A stretch of DNA of 64,000 nt. Source: Monocercomonoides exilis PA203. Lineage: Eukaryota > Protista > Preaxostyla. Of the stretch, positions 45,010 through 59,600 are shown piece by piece (position 1 is the first letter of the stretch; each line of letters opens with the position of its first letter). Below the pieces are notes generated by a model. It did no database searches. It was not told where the DNA came from and was given only the letters and a program-made list of their open reading frames with translations. Made by a program: the position numbers and the translations under genes. The DNA lies in assembly GCA_001643675.2 (NCBI GenBank), contig LSRY02000041.1, forward strand, positions 496,001-560,000, read 5' to 3'.

Positions 45010-47400
45010 TCCATTTTGGAGAAGGAGTAACAAGGAGAAGAAAACTGCAGGAGATGATAAGTCATCTTCATCTTTGTCTTCGTCATCAGCGCCTGCAGTC
45101 GACCCTTCAGATGAATCGTCTATGGCTGCATCTCACATTAAAGACATAAAACTGCACCACAATGTAAGGTGGCTGAGGATTGACGTGCCTAAGGCAGTTG
45201 GGTTGTTGTCGCTTCCATTGTTGCAATCACTTCAATCACTTCAATCACTACTGCTTGCACTCCTACGTTTCAATGATGGCTTGTTGTGCTCTGATGAACA
45301 GAACGTGCTGTGTCCGTTCAATGTGAAAAGTTTTTCATTCAACTTGTGGCTTTGCTCCCATTTCTTGATGATTTGCTAAGAAAGAAGTCGTTGAAAAAGC
45401 CGATATTATCAGCTGTAGATGTGGATGCGTTCCTGCCAATCTGCAATCCGCCTGATCCATCACTGGCTCCATTGTCCATTGAATAGCTGGCGAACAGAAA
45501 GAAGCAGTCGAGACATTCGGAGTGATGAAGCTGGACAACAAAACGAGGAGGCGAATGGTTGCAGTGAATGAAGTGGGAGAGTTTGCGGAGAAGGCGCTGA
45601 GGCTGTGGAGCTGAAGATGGAGAATGGAGGATGTTGTTCTGTCGCCCGCAGCGATTGTGCTGCATCTGCAGGAAGAAAGAAAAGAAGAAGAAGAAGTTGG
45701 AAAAGGAAAAGGAGTCGAAGCGGATGAGCGGGCTGACAGAGCAGATGAAGGAGAAGGCCAATATCATCTGGATGAATCAGAGGAAAATTCCGGAGCTGAG
45801 CGAGAAGCACAACTCAGAGGTGATGCAGGTGAATGAGGTGAAGGAACAGCTGGTGACGATGAAGAAGAAGGCGGAACTGATTTATATGAGGATTGAGAAG
45901 TGAATAATCGATGCGCGCAGCATGACGAAGTTGTGAATGTTGACAGCGCTGGTAAGCTGCTGAGGTCGGGATTGAAGCTTGCCACGTCTTCTTTGTCGGT
46001 TTCTGTGTGTGGCGGGATGGCTCCGCCTTCAGATTAGTTGATCTTGCCTTCGAGGCTACGTGAAAAGCACCACGAGAAGTTTTCCTCGAGTATCGGAGAT
46101 GGCAGCGCTGTGATGTTTTACCCAAATCCAAGCTTGAAGGAGCTTTCTGCGAAAGTGGAGGGCCTGGTGAGTGTAGCGAGAAAGGTTAATAGAGCTGATG
46201 GAGGATGAGACGGATGGGAAGGAACAAAGTCAGAGACAATCAAGAGGTTGGAGAAAAACGGTGCCGAGGCCAGCGATGGCGGTGATTGTGGAGGAGGAGT
46301 TGATGAAACTGTGAGATAGAAGAATTGCAAAACGGAGAAGGAATTAAAGATGATGATTGTTTTGTCGAAATTGAAAAGGCAGACGATAAGCGAGCAGAAG
46401 GCGCTGTTCAAGGAGGTGATTGAGAAGCAGCAGACGGCGCTTGCGAAAAAGAAGCAGGAGTAGATGAATATTTATGTTTCATATGAAGAGATTGCTTAAT
46501 GAATGCCTGGTTAAGTGAAGAAGCTGGAAGAGAATGTGGTGCAAGAACACTTTGGATGGAGCAGGGAGGAAGGGAATAGGAGAAAGGGGCAAGAGAAATG
46601 GATGAAGGAAGGAGGAGGAAGAGGAACAGAAGTTAATGCGGAGAATACGAGGAAGCAAAGGAGTGTGAAAAGGCAGTAGAAAGTGAAGCAACCGAGCTGT
46701 ATGGAATTTCGCAGTTTCAGCACAACAATCCGAAGAGAGAGCAGGATGATTGGATGCATACTGTTGTTCCAACAGTGGCAAAGAAAGGTGAAGGGAAGGC
46801 GACTGTTATGCAGCGGATGTTCATGCTTCTTGAGCAGACGACAGACAGCCGAGACCGTGAAGAGTTGGAGTGGCCTGTGATTTCACGTGGTGGAACGGGG
46901 GCAGGGCAGCCTGGGGCAGGTTGGGTGCCTTTGCAGGCGGGGTCGACAGCGAGGGAGTGGCTGATGAGCGCAGTGTCTGGTTCGCTGGTACAAGAAACGT
47001 GAAAGTCAGTACATGTGCTTCGGGTTCCACACTCGCGGCGATGGTCTATGAAGATGAAGCGTTTGTTGAAGTTGCAAAAGATAGGTCTGGAGTCGTAGCA
47101 AATATGGAAGCTGACGTAGATTCTGTAGATATTCGGATACAAGATCGCAACAGACTAGGGCGTGTGCAGTCTCTGGTGGGCAGGGGCGGGTGCAGGGAGG
47201 CAGGGGTTTGGGGACTTTGTTGACATGTGGCTGGGGGAGAAGCAAGCGGTGCAGAAGAAGAGCGATGCGGTGCTGTGAGCAAGGATGCATGGGGAAGAAC
47301 TGTTCCGGAAGGACTTTTCAGAGATGGAACTGTTTAAGGAATTTGCGATGAAAAAGTTAACTTGAGGTGAATTGGAGTTTTCCTGATAATTGAATGGTGT
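45010..47400 (+). pseudogene. Second, longer degenerate copy of the 35-kb family plus downstream purine-rich coding debris
   Basis: Shared motifs with 35040-36100; many stops; no recognisable domain. Confidence 0.45.
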
Positions 47401-47499
47401 TAGAAGGGGTGTAGGAGAAGAGATTCAAATGTCTGTTGGTTGTTTGAGGGAATATAGTCGGAGAAGACGTATGCAGATGCCTTTATGTTTATGTGTTAA

Positions 47500-49150
47500 T
47501 ACAGAATAACTTCAGGGAAGAAGCAGCTTCCTGATGTTTGCGATGAAGCTGATAAGTTATAGCCTTTTCAGCAGTATTTGAATTATGTGATTGTGAAGGC
47601 GGTAAGACGGCGTTGGTCAACTTGGAGTAGGATTTTCATGCAGTATCGAAGGTGACATGGGAATGGTTTGGGCTGAAACTGCATGTGTAGATAGTTCAGT
47701 TGGTGAAGGAGAAGAAAGAAGTGCGGTAGACGTTGTTCCACATTGTGCGGCTGCTGGAACGGATGGTGAGGATGCAGCTGAGGAGGATGTGCAGTCGATG
47801 GTGGAGACAAAAGAAGGACAGATTGTGCTTGTGCAATTTTGTTAGAGATGGAGTTACACAAAAAAATGGCATTGTAGATGGAGTTAGAGTCATATTTAAC
47901 AATAATTCATCAACATCTGTTTCTTCATCGCTGTTGAAAACAAATACTGAATGGAAAGTGATGAGGATAAACAATGCACTCCAATCATCTGTTGGATATT
48001 AGATGTGATCAACCATCAAATTATCAAAACAATATTTTTATCTGCGTTTTCACTCGTCGTAACCTTCTTCTTTTTCCCTCTTTTCCTTCTTTTTGCAATG
48101 AAACTTGATCATTTTTAAATAATTTGAGGGAAGAAGAAGGAGAAGAAGAAGAAGAGGAGGAGGAGAGGAAGGGGATGAAGAAGAAGAAGAAGAAGAAGAA
48201 GAAGAAGAAGAAGAAGAAGAAGAGGAAGAGGAAGAGGAAGAGGAAGAGGAAGAGGAAGAAGAGGAAGAGACGCCAAAAGAACAGAAGCAATTTGTGAATT
48301 CCTTGAGCAATTCTTGAATGAGAAGCTTCAAATGGAAATTGATCCTAAAGTTGAATCATTTATTGAATAAATACAGCCATCATGCAATTTCACTCCATCT
48401 GCATCAATTCCATTGAACACAACTTTTTTTCTCCAATCGATCTCAAATACAGTTGCCATTGCTTCGATGTTTTCCAGTTTCACATTTGTAATATTTATCT
48501 CTCACCATTTAGCAGAAATGAAGGCTTCTTAAATGATAGGAATGACATAGAGCAGTTGCCAATATGAAGAATTCCATTTCCAATTGTCAACAATATTGAA
48601 TTAAGGAAAACAATAGGTTGATTGCTGCTTAACCCTCCAACAGAAGAGAAATCAACAAATGAAAGAGAAAGCTGCCCACCTGCTTCATGAATGATTGAAT
48701 TGCCTGAATACGAAAATAACTGACCAAAGTTGAATTTCAATCTCTCAATCCGAACATTCTCTGATGTTGTAATAAGACTTCCCTCGTTGTTTATTGTTGA
48801 GTAAAGATGCACCAAAGCAGTTGAAGGAGATTGAAGAAAGTGGATGATCACATCATGAGCATCACATTTCCCAATTATTTCTGTTTCCTCTGATATCAAT
48901 AGTTGCGAGTCAGAGATGGAATAATGTGCGTCACTCCCTCACTCAATGATCGACAAGGCATACTGAACTCTCCACGTTGCTTGCAATCTTTGTGATTTTC
49001 AGAAACTGAAGATACAAATATTGTCTCGCTCTGGTATCTCATAACCCTCAGCAGAAGTTTTTCTTCCCCAACAAACAATTCTGTTGTGACTCCCCACATC
49101 GCAATTTCTATCATGTTAGGCTCTCCGTTATTAGTTACGAATTTGATAAG
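47500..49150 (-). pseudogene. Fragment of a large surface-protein-like (beta-helix-type) gene, frameshifted and interrupted by a microsatellite
   Basis: MWGVTTE...RYQSETIFVSS...PCRSLSEGVTHIIPSL shifts frame at about 48897 into LISEETEIIGKC...SENVRIERLKFNF. Confidence 0.55.
48127..48270. repeat. (GAA)n/(GAGGAA)n microsatellite
   Basis: Direct reading. Confidence 0.9.
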
Positions 49151-49573
49151 CTTAAAAAAATGAATAATTTAATAAGAATTATAAAATAAAAACATTCATA
49201 TAAAAACTTGAATGAAAACCTTTTGATATGTATGTTTTTCATCTTTATCAAACTTGTGGGAATAATCATCGCATAATTTTAAATTCCTGGCACATTCTGT
49301 GCAATGAAAATTTAAAATCAGATAAGAATTTGATTAATCTACGAATCTCAAATTTTTGATGAAAGAAAATCGAAACACACCTTGTTCATTTCATTAATAA
49401 ACAATTATAAAGCGGTTTAATCAAGTGAAACTCTTTTTCATAGAAAAACTAAAATTCAAATTTTGATCAAAAAATTTGATACATAATTTTTTGAAAAAAA
49501 ATATATCTTTTTATAAAGAAGTTTGAAATGAGCCAACAAACATCGCTGTGAAAGTTTGATATTTTCATTTGAG

Positions 49574-49657
49574 TTATGGTAACGGAGTGTTTTTTATTAA
49601 CTGCGATGGGACAAAATTTTGATCTTCAGCGACTTTTCAAAAATTACGACCCATATG
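49574..49657 (-). repeat. Inverted partner of the 44109 repeat
   Basis: See 44109. Confidence 0.6.
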
Positions 49658-49783
49658 AGAAAGTTTAATATCATAAATGTTCAAAATAGAATCTTTTGTT
49701 TAATGATTTATTGAATTCATTTATTTGTTTGAATACATTCTGCATGAGAAATAAGTATATCACCAATACAAAAATTATAATAT

Positions 49784-50012
49784 AATTTTTTTGAAAAGTT
49801 CCTTTTGTTTAATTTTCAAATAAAATTAAAATTTCATTTTTCAATCAAATTTCTGTTCTCTCCCATGAAACTTCACAAAAATAAAAATAATACCAATGTC
49901 AAGGTTTTTTTTCTTTACAGGAAAATTTGGTGAGTGGGAACAAAAATTTGATTGAAATTTGAAATCTTTATTCCTATTGAAAATTTAACAAAAGGAACTT
50001 TTCAAAAAAATT
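49784..50012. mobile_element. Foldback/MITE-like palindrome of about 230 bp
   Basis: The outer 36 bp of the arms match at 35/36 (AATTTTTTTGAAAAGTTCCTTTTGTT.AATTTTCAA); imperfect pairing continues for about 90 bp. Confidence 0.6.
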
Positions 50013-50617
50013 TTGACATATCAAATTTTTCAAAATTTTTCATTATTAATTAGAATACAACAATTATTTCTGATATTTGCTTTTTCACAACAACTGGGTG
50101 TTTCTTTGCTTAACATATTTGAAATGGAATGACATTATTTTTGAATATGTTAGAAAAATTTTAGAAACATGTTTGATTGATTATCGAATATGAACAAATT
50201 GAGGAAAGCAAATAAAATAAAAATTAAGCATGTCTCTTTGTGGGAATAGATTTGAAATTATCATCAGCTTCTTTTTGCTGAATATTGTAAGAATAAATAG
50301 GAGAGCAAAACTTTATTAAAAGGTGGATCAATGAGTTAAAGTTCATTTTTGTTTCGTTTTTGTATAGAGATGAAGAATTTTTATTCAATCGATTAACTCC
50401 ATTGCACTGAAATCAACTCATTGAACAACTGTTGCTTTGCTCAAATAGACTCTTTTACATTTATTTATTAAATTTAACGATTCAACATTTTTCGATTAAG
50501 TTTCAGAAAAAAAGTATTTCAAAGACAAGAAGAGTCTAAAGCAAATAATATAACTCAAATATATCCAAAGAAAGTTCATTTGAACCAAAAAGCCAAAAAG
50601 ATAACAATTAAATTTAT

Positions 50618-53600
50618 TTATTCGTTATAGAAAGGAGATCCATCAATAAATTCATCAACTTCATGATTTGAGGGAAGTGAAATACAATATTTTGTGCAAT
50701 AGGAATCTTCATGATAACTCGTTCTCTTTGAATCTTTCTCTTCAATAGCTTGTTCATGCTCAGCACCATCAATCTTCTTATCGCCGTGCTCTTTTTCGTC
50801 TATATATTTCCATCGGATAACATTCGCATTACACAAAAAGCATCTTTGAGAATGCTGAAGTTGCCTAATTATACATCGATGACAAGCTTCGTGACCGCAA
50901 GGAACAAAACAAGCATCCCGTTTTTCAGTGAAGCAAATTTCACACAAGTCTTCGTCATCGTCTTCTTCAATGCTTTCCTGCTCAAGAAGAGTGCTGCCAT
51001 CCTCTCTCTTTCGATCTGAATCGGCAGTCGTCTTTGAGCTTGAACTTTCATCCTGTTCTTTCTTCTTTTTGATCTCCTCCTCCAATTTATGCAGCTTTCT
51101 CTTAAAGTCAGCCTGCTCCATGTCAAATCGAACGGACTCATCCCTCAATCTGTATAGAACAGACAATAATTGGTATACTAATGGTGGTCTGGAATTTATC
51201 AATCTTGTTAATCCATTCATGTTCACTGAATCGTTCGCAATTAAATCTTTCACAACATCATTCTTTAAATTCTTTCCCTTCGATTCAAACGCACTCTTGA
51301 AGCGATTCGACCTTTCCACCCACCAATCGCTTATTTCTTCTTTCAGCTTGTTATTATGCAAATTAACAGCTCGTTCCCCAACTTCAACTAACTTTTCCAA
51401 ATTGGAGCGAATCTTCCACTGCATTCTCTGTTGTCTTTCTGTCATTGACATTGCAATCTCTTCTTCTCCTTCTATTTTTTCTCCACATTTATCAAAGAAT
51501 GTATACTCCTCATCTCCAACCAGAGCTTCGCTGACTAAAAGACTTGGATTTTGCGCATATTCAATAAGCACAGATAGTTCTGCCACCGAAAGAGGAGAAG
51601 ATTGCAACCCCCGGAGGATTAAAGGATGAAGAGGTGGAAATCGAATTTCTTTGGGAATGGAAGGAATGTCTTCTATTTCGCATTTTTGTTCATTTGAAGA
51701 AGATGAAGGAATTATTGATGGAAAATCTTGAACAAGCGTCCATCTATTGAAATTCTGTTTCCAGCAGAAGACGTTCTCTTTTGCTTTTGCATCTTTGCCT
51801 GAAGCAGAACCAGCATGATTCTTGTTTGAAGATACCGCACCCGCATTCGTTTTTGTTGAGCTTCTCACACTTTCTACATGCCTATTCAATGTTGCATTCA
51901 TGAAACCAGTCCACGTTTCGTCTTCGTCGGTGCAAACTTTACTCAAAATTGCATCTAATTGTTGTAATTTTTCATCCACAAGCATAATAACTTTACCAGC
52001 AACATCTTGTCCTTTCAAACTTGTTTCTTTTTCCGGATTTGTTTTTGATGTCCGATGAGAAATTTCCTGTCTAATAAATCTCATAATTGCAGAACTTAAC
52101 ATACTCTTGATCACTGCTTCGCCATTTGATTCGGTTTGAACCAGTGCAATCAGTCCTAAAGCAATTTCTTTCAGCAAACAGATAAATGAGAAGTTGCATT
52201 GAATTAAATGCGGGACAGAAAGCGGAATGTACAGTGATAACTGCTTGTTATAACAGAGATTCAGAATGGACAGAGTTGTTGAGAAAACCTCAAAGAAACG
52301 TGAGATGTTCACATCAGCAGAAAGAACAAGAGGTGCTAATTTCAAAGGATAAGCATATGAAAACGAGCACCTGCTGCGTGACAGCAATGAATGATGAGAA
52401 ACTTTTTCAAACTCAGTTGGTAATCTAAATCCGCATTGAAGCTCTATTGAATTGGCAATAAGAGATGGGAAGAGTGGGGCAAGTCTGAAGCGAGAAAGTA
52501 CCTTTTTCAAAGAGCTGCGAATTGAGCTGATCAATTCAATAATTCCATTTGGATTGAAAACCCCTTCTTTTCCACATTTATCGTCTCCAGAAACAAACCG
52601 CAGAACGCATTCAACCCCTTTCAACCATTCATCCATTCTCTCCTCCTTCTCAGATTCTCTTCTCGGATCTTCTGCAACCCCAACAAATATCTCAGGTGTA
52701 GATTCGCAAAGACCATTGAGACAGATAAGCTTTCTGAGAAGATACAACGACTCAGTTGCCTTCTTTTCATCGTTTGCTTCATTCCGTTTGCTCTTCTTTT
52801 CCTGTTTCTCTGATTGTCTTCCGCCTCCACTGGGAGATCCGTAAGTCTTTAAGTCAATTCTCATGCAGTTCATCAGCTCAGCAAGATGAATGTGGATCGT
52901 GTCGAATAGATTTGTGACAAACAGAGAGCCAACAGTTTGCGGAGACGAATGAACAGAAAGCGAGCAATGCTCCTTTGATGAATGCAGCCGCTGCGATGAA
53001 TCCAAAGACTGTGAAGAAGCGTTGTTCAATGCAGAAAGCAGCATCTCCTCTTCTTCTGCAGAAGGAGATATATAGCTGTTGCTTTTGGACAACCATGAAA
53101 AACAATCTGGTATAAGACTTGGTCGAGTTAACTTCGATTCCTTTGTTTCTTCATCCATTGTTTTTGAGGCGCTTTCATTATCTCCACCACTGACGCAATT
53201 ATTGCCCAAAGCATTCTTTCTCGCCTTGAAATGCTCCTCCAATGATATTCCCACCGGAACAGGAGCAGCAATCAAAAAGAGGCGAACTGCAGCTGATATT
53301 GGAGAAAGACGCAAATTGTGCTCATGCTTAATAGTTTGAGGAGAGAATAACGAGGACGCAAACATTGAGCCCAAATGACTGATGCCACTTTTCTTCTGAT
53401 AATATGCATTGATGGAAGAATAGAAGCCTGAATGAGCTGTATTCGAAGATTCACATTGAGCAGTGCTTGATGAGAACGAGGAAGAGCGAATGAATTGATT
53501 ATAATTATACGTAGACTCATCAACGCTGAAAGGAGGCGAGAACAAAAAGTATGACAGACACTGAACATAATCCTTTGTGCAGGAGACGAGAATGTGCTGC

Positions 53601-56600
53601 ACAAATCGCAGAAAGTTAGGAGGACAGCCGAGAAGTGGAGGAGGGATTTGACTGCCCGCACAGCTTGTATCACCATAAGAAGCAAAAAGTGGTTGCTTTT
53701 CATTCATGTTTGCAGTTAATGAAGAAGAAGAAGAAGAAGAAGAGGAGGAGGAGGAGGAAGTTGAAGTACAAGTTAAAGATGATGACGATGAATCTGAAGA
53801 GGATTCTTCTGTTTGAGTTGTTCCTTTATCTGCTGCTCTCTTTGCTGTTGCTGCCAAAGACATGATAAACTGCTCAATAGGATCCTGTTGTAGAACCCAG
53901 CGCCACTCTCCTTCGTTTTCTTCTTCGTTTATTTCCCATTTATTCCTGTGACTTTCAATAATTCCTTGCCTTTCCATATTTTTCTCTTCAGTAATTCCAT
54001 CATTCCACTTTGAAGTAGCATCATTACAATCTTTATGAATATATCTCTTAACTTTGTTCCTGTAGTATTTCAGAGAGTGCAATGGAAGAACAGAAGGAAG
54101 AGGTAATGCAGCAGCATGTTGGATCATCAAAGAGGAAGAAATTGCAAACGAAGGACGTAAAGAAGGCAAAACGAATGGATTGTGCAACAACTCTTTCTCT
54201 TCTTCTAGCTCATCTTCGAATTGTCCACAATTCTTTTTGCAGTCTTTGCTTGCATTTGATTCAGAAGATGAAACAAATGAAGCATCTGCATGACTCACTC
54301 CTCCATTCTGTTTTGTATCAGTGTAATCAATGCAATATGAATTATTCGCTCTTTTCATCTTTTCAGTCTTTTGCATGCCTCGACTGCAGATAACAGGAGA
54401 ATATCCGTATACAGGGCGGGACATCAGCACTTCCTCCAGAAGCCGCATGAAGTTACTGCATCCAGGTGAATGAACTGGAGTTAACCAACAAGGATGCATC
54501 ATATTGATCGTGTTTGAGCAAGTCGGTGATGTATCAGAAGATTTGTTATTCACTTCTGATTCTCTTTCATTTGATAGTTCCTTGTTTGTTATGCCTCTAT
54601 CAATTGAATCAAACTCTCTATTGCGAATAATCATTCTCTCCAACCTTTCCCTCTCTTTGTCATAAACTGGCATTTGAGGAACACTCTTTTCCGTCATCAG
54701 CATCACCCACTTCCACATCTCCTCCCTCAAATCTGGATTAACAAAGCGAGAATCTTCCACCAGATGCGACAGAAGAAACATGACCATCCTTTCCAAAGAA
54801 AGAGAAGAAATCAGGCAATTTGCAAAAGATGCTGATGGAATGGCAGAAAGAGGCGGGGTTGTGCGAGAAGCAAAAGAAGATGATGGAATAATAAGTGTTG
54901 TTGAGGACTCTTCTTGGAAGTAGTTGGTAAATGAAGCAGTAAATTGAGCATTTTTCGCATTTGTATTGAAATCTGAATTAAATGGAAGTATTACAGGAGT
55001 ACTGGGGTATGAAATAGAAGAAGAAGAAGATGATGACAAAGATAATGACAGAGATGATGAAGACAACTCATGTTTTTGTTTATCTTCCTTCTCATCTCTG
55101 ATATCAGTATCAATTTTGCTTGATGCATTAACAATTTGGAGAGGAACAAGAGAAGAGAACATGGAGCGCGCAGGAAGCGCTTCAACAGCACCAAAAGCCG
55201 GCGAACTTGAGTGCAAATAGCCAGAAGATGGATGGGATGGCATCTTCTGCACGCCAACAGGATCGTTTGCATATGGATAAAGAAACGTTGGGTTGTACTG
55301 ATAGATTGAGCGTGGGTTTGTCATGCAGCTAAAGGAAGGAGGGAAAAGCAGAGTCAGGTTCAAAAATGCCTCCACATAGAAATGGGGCACGAAGCGATAG
55401 AGCGAAGATTGTCCGCGCAGAGGAAGAGAGAAAGAAGGGGAAGCCAATGAAGAGAGAATAAGACGATTAGCAGATGAACTATGTCGTGAACGGGAATTGA
55501 ATGAAGGAGGAGAAGAAGAAGAAGCATCAGAAGCAACAGTGTTTTTATTAGTTGTTGAAGTGTTCAATAAATTCTGTTGAGAACATCGAAGTGAAGCAAT
55601 ATCTGCATCAAGTGCTTGGAATGCCAGTTGTTTTAGAGGAGCCAGAAGCAAATGGGGATTTGACTGTTTGCTTTTCTTGTTGATGAAGAAAGCAGGAGAA
55701 GGAGAGGATAAACTGGAAGACGAATAAGAAGAAGAGAATGAAGAAGAATAATCAGTCAAGCAAAACTGACTGAGATTCTTGTCTTTATGGAAAGGAGAGT
55801 TTTCGTGTTTGTGGTGTGATTGTGGAGTAGAAACAGCATCATAACTGCCTTCACCTCCTTCCTTCATTCTCAGCATGATCTTAAACACTTTCTCGTCTTC
55901 ATCTTCATCGGCATTCATCTTTTCGCTTTCGAGGTCAAATTCTTCGCATTTGCGGTTGACCGCATTCGCAAAGGCTCCATAAAACGCATCGCAATGCTGC
56001 TTGTCCTTGTCAGTGACTTGATCAGCTGAATGGAGTGATAAATCATGTGGGTCATTTTCAATGGATGGCTCTTTCTGTAATGTTGTTTCCTCCGAATCAA
56101 TCTGCATTTCAATTCCTCTCTCATATCCTTCTTCCTCTTCCTCTTCCTCCTCATTTCCTTCTTCTTCTTCTTCTTCTTCTTCTCTCTGTGCCACCAGTGG
56201 TACAAGCACCCCTCTACTCGCCCTCTCCAGCAGATACGACAGAAACAGCTGATGATCCAGCATCCCTTCCTCCACATTGATTCCATTGAACGGCAGAGCA
56301 GACAAAGATATCGTCTGTGACGCCTTCGACGTGTTGTTCAGCAGCGGTGTTCCAATCACAACATCAGCCAAGTTGTGGTTGAGAGCAGACAGCCACGAAA
56401 TCACAGTACGCCGCATCTGCGGCTCAGACAAACAGGACAGATTCACTTTCTCCACCTGCTGCACACAATTTTGGGAACTTTCAGAAGAATCGCTTTGGAT
56501 GTGTTGGTCATTTTCTTTCTCGTTCTTTCCTGTGCTTGCTTTCTTTTCTGTTGTTTTTGTTGCTGTTGATGTTGTTTGCCCTGAAACAGAAGAAACTCCA

Positions 56601-59600
56601 GTTTTGCTTGTTGAATCTTCGCCTTGTGCTTTCATTCTCTTCTCTTCCTCCATCAGCTTTCTCTTCATTCTCCACTGATACAGCTCCTTCTTCATTTTAA
56701 TCACATTTGAGTTGAAGTAGTCTTTGTCCTGATGAAGATTGTCAATCAGAGTTGGCGACAGAAGGAAGAACAGAAGAGTTGCTATTTCAAGCAATTCTGC
56801 TTCAAACAGGTTCAGATAAGGCGAAAGCACATGATGAACATGGAAGTCGATGTTTGGAAGTGAATTAGCCACAGACGAAGGAGAATGTTGGTCTGCATTT
56901 GAACATGTGGAAGATTCTGAGTTATTCTTCATTGATGATAAAGTTGATGAAGATGAAGGCGAAACATTATCATCATCATAATTGCTATTATTACAAATAT
57001 TATCTTCATCAGCATCATTTGTCTTCATCCCTCTCATTGGCCATGCAACATCCACCACAACTCCTCCTTCTGTTGGCAGCTGCAGCCGATTTCTGCGATA
57101 TTCTGTGCTTAACTGTGTCATCACATCATGCGCATATCTGTGAATTGCTGGTGAATGCAAAGCAGGTCTTGATTTTTCTTCCTCTTCTCCCTTTTGTTGT
57201 GCATTTGATGCCTTCAGTGCAATTCCTTCTGTTTCCTTTTCCCTCACAATCTTTTCTACCTCGTTCTTTTTCCGCTTCCACCTTTCCTCTTCTCTCTCCA
57301 GTCTGTTCTTTACATCCTTCACAATCGCTCCCAAATCGCCTCCAACTCTGGATAGATTCTGACTGGTGATGAAAGTGAGAGAGTGGGCAGGGATTGGCTG
57401 GTGGAAAGGGAGAGGATTGAGAGTGTATCGGGAGGAGTCTGCAAAGCGGCGGTGCTCCAGAATCACTTGATCAGTTTCGGAGGAAGAGGAAGAAAGAGAA
57501 GAAGAAGAAGAAGAAGATGATGATGAATGAGGGCTGTTTCTGGAGTGAGGAGAGGAGGAAAGAGAGGAGGAAACAGAAGACGAGGCATCAGAGAAAGAGG
57601 AAGAAGAAGAGGATGAAGATGATGAAGAAGGTGATGATGAAATAGAATAACCAGAGGAAGAAGAGGAAGATGAGCCAGAATGAGATAAAGAAGGAGGAGA
57701 AGGTGTAGGGTTCACACAGAAGAAATGTTCTGCTGGGAATCTGGCAGCCAGCATTCGAGTGCCATTCATATGAAGAAATGTGGAGAAAAGAACAGGATTG
57801 GAAGAAGAGGAAGAAGAGGAAGAAGAAGAAGGTGAAAGAGAAGAAAGAGAAGAAAGATTTGACAAAACAGAAGAAGAAAAGCTATTGGCATCCAACTTTG
57901 CGATTTCAGCTTTGTGTTGCTTGCTTCCATAGAACAAAGCATCAGAGGAAGGCACATAAAAGAAAGGATGAAGAGGAAACGGAACATTGTCAGACATAAA
58001 TGACACTTCAGAATGAGGAAACGAAGTGGTGATGAGAGACGGAGGAAGAAGAGAAGAAGAAGAAGAAGCAGAAGAAGTAGAAAATGAATGATTTGATGTG
58101 GAAATGGTGAATAAATCAGAAGCTTTCTGAGAAGGAAACAATGACAGATTTGAGCACAATTCTTCACTCACCACACTCAAAACAGCATTCTTTCCTATTC
58201 TCCTCCTCGCCTCTTGCACAATCCTCAATTTCTTCGCTCTTTTCAGACTTTCGCTCCACGGAAACGCAGCTTCCATTGAATTATCCTCCCCTTCACCTGC
58301 TTTGACTGTCTGCAGAAACAAAGGCTTCATCATCAGAATCAAAGCGAGATAGAGATTGGCCACGCTTTGCGGCTGGTCTCCTTCGCTTTCGGGGGAAACA
58401 TGAGCATACAGCGAAAAATACGAAGAAAGAGACTGCTGAAGAGAATCACTGGAAGAACGGAAGTGCTTCGGGTGCATGTTTTTGTTGTTTTTGAGGAAAG
58501 AGCGGAGCCAAGAGAGATAGACAGGAGAAGGGACACGCAAAGAACCAGAGACAAGGAGCTGGCGGCGGATGATGGAGAGAACATGATCAGCCGAAGAAGA
58601 AGAAGAAGAGGAAGAGGAAGATGATGTTGATGAATGTGATTGATATGTTTGAGGAGTCTGAGTGTGAGAGTGGGAGGGAGAAGGAGTGGGGGAGACAGAA
58701 GGAGAGCGGGGAAGAAGATGAGAGAAAACTGGAGACAAATTCTGGAGTGCCTGTTCAGCAGCTGAAGGAGAAGAAAGACCAGAAGTTAAGCGGCGGGGAC
58801 GAATAGGAGTGGATGTGGAAGAAGGAGAATGGGAAGAAGAAGAAGAAGAAGTAGTAGTAGTAGAAGAAGAACGAGTGTTTTGTGAGTTTTGTTGTTGAGA
58901 AATGTAAGGTGGGCAGATAATTCCAACAGATTCAAGTTCTTCATCTGTGGGACAATAATGTTGCAATGAAAGATGTTGAGAAGGAAAAGTCTGACTTGAA
59001 TTTTGGGACGTTTCGTTTATTTTTCCATTTTCATTTTTATTTCTCTGTTTAGAATCACCCAAATATGCATAAAAAGGTGTTGAAGAAACATCAACTTCAT
59101 CTTTGTTCTCTTTTCCCTTTCCTTCTTCCTCTCTTCTCCTCTTCTCCTCTTCTTCCTCTTCTTCCTCCTCCTCTCTTTCCCTCATGTATTCCATATTCAT
59201 CTCTCCATCTCTCCACCCATACTGGAAAACATGCTTGTTCTGCTCCATAAACATTCTCTGTTCATAAGAAGGCCAAAGCAAAACACACAAGAAACGTGCT
59301 TGAGCAATCAGTTGGATGTTGATGGAGGACAAAAAGGAGGCAAAAGCAGAGGAAGTGGAGGGAGTGCCTATGGGGGCAGTGCTGGAGAATGGGTGGAGAG
59401 GAAGAGGAAGAGAAGAAGAAGAAGAAGAAGATGATGATGATGAACCCATTTTCTTATCCATCTGATTAATCTTCTCAAAAGCACAAACCTGTCTCACATA
59501 GTCTGCAAAATGCGGTGGGATATGATTCATCCTCAGCCAAATAAAGAACCTCCTCTCTTCTTCATTCAACCCTTCTTCCACATCCAACAGAGAAGGCGAA

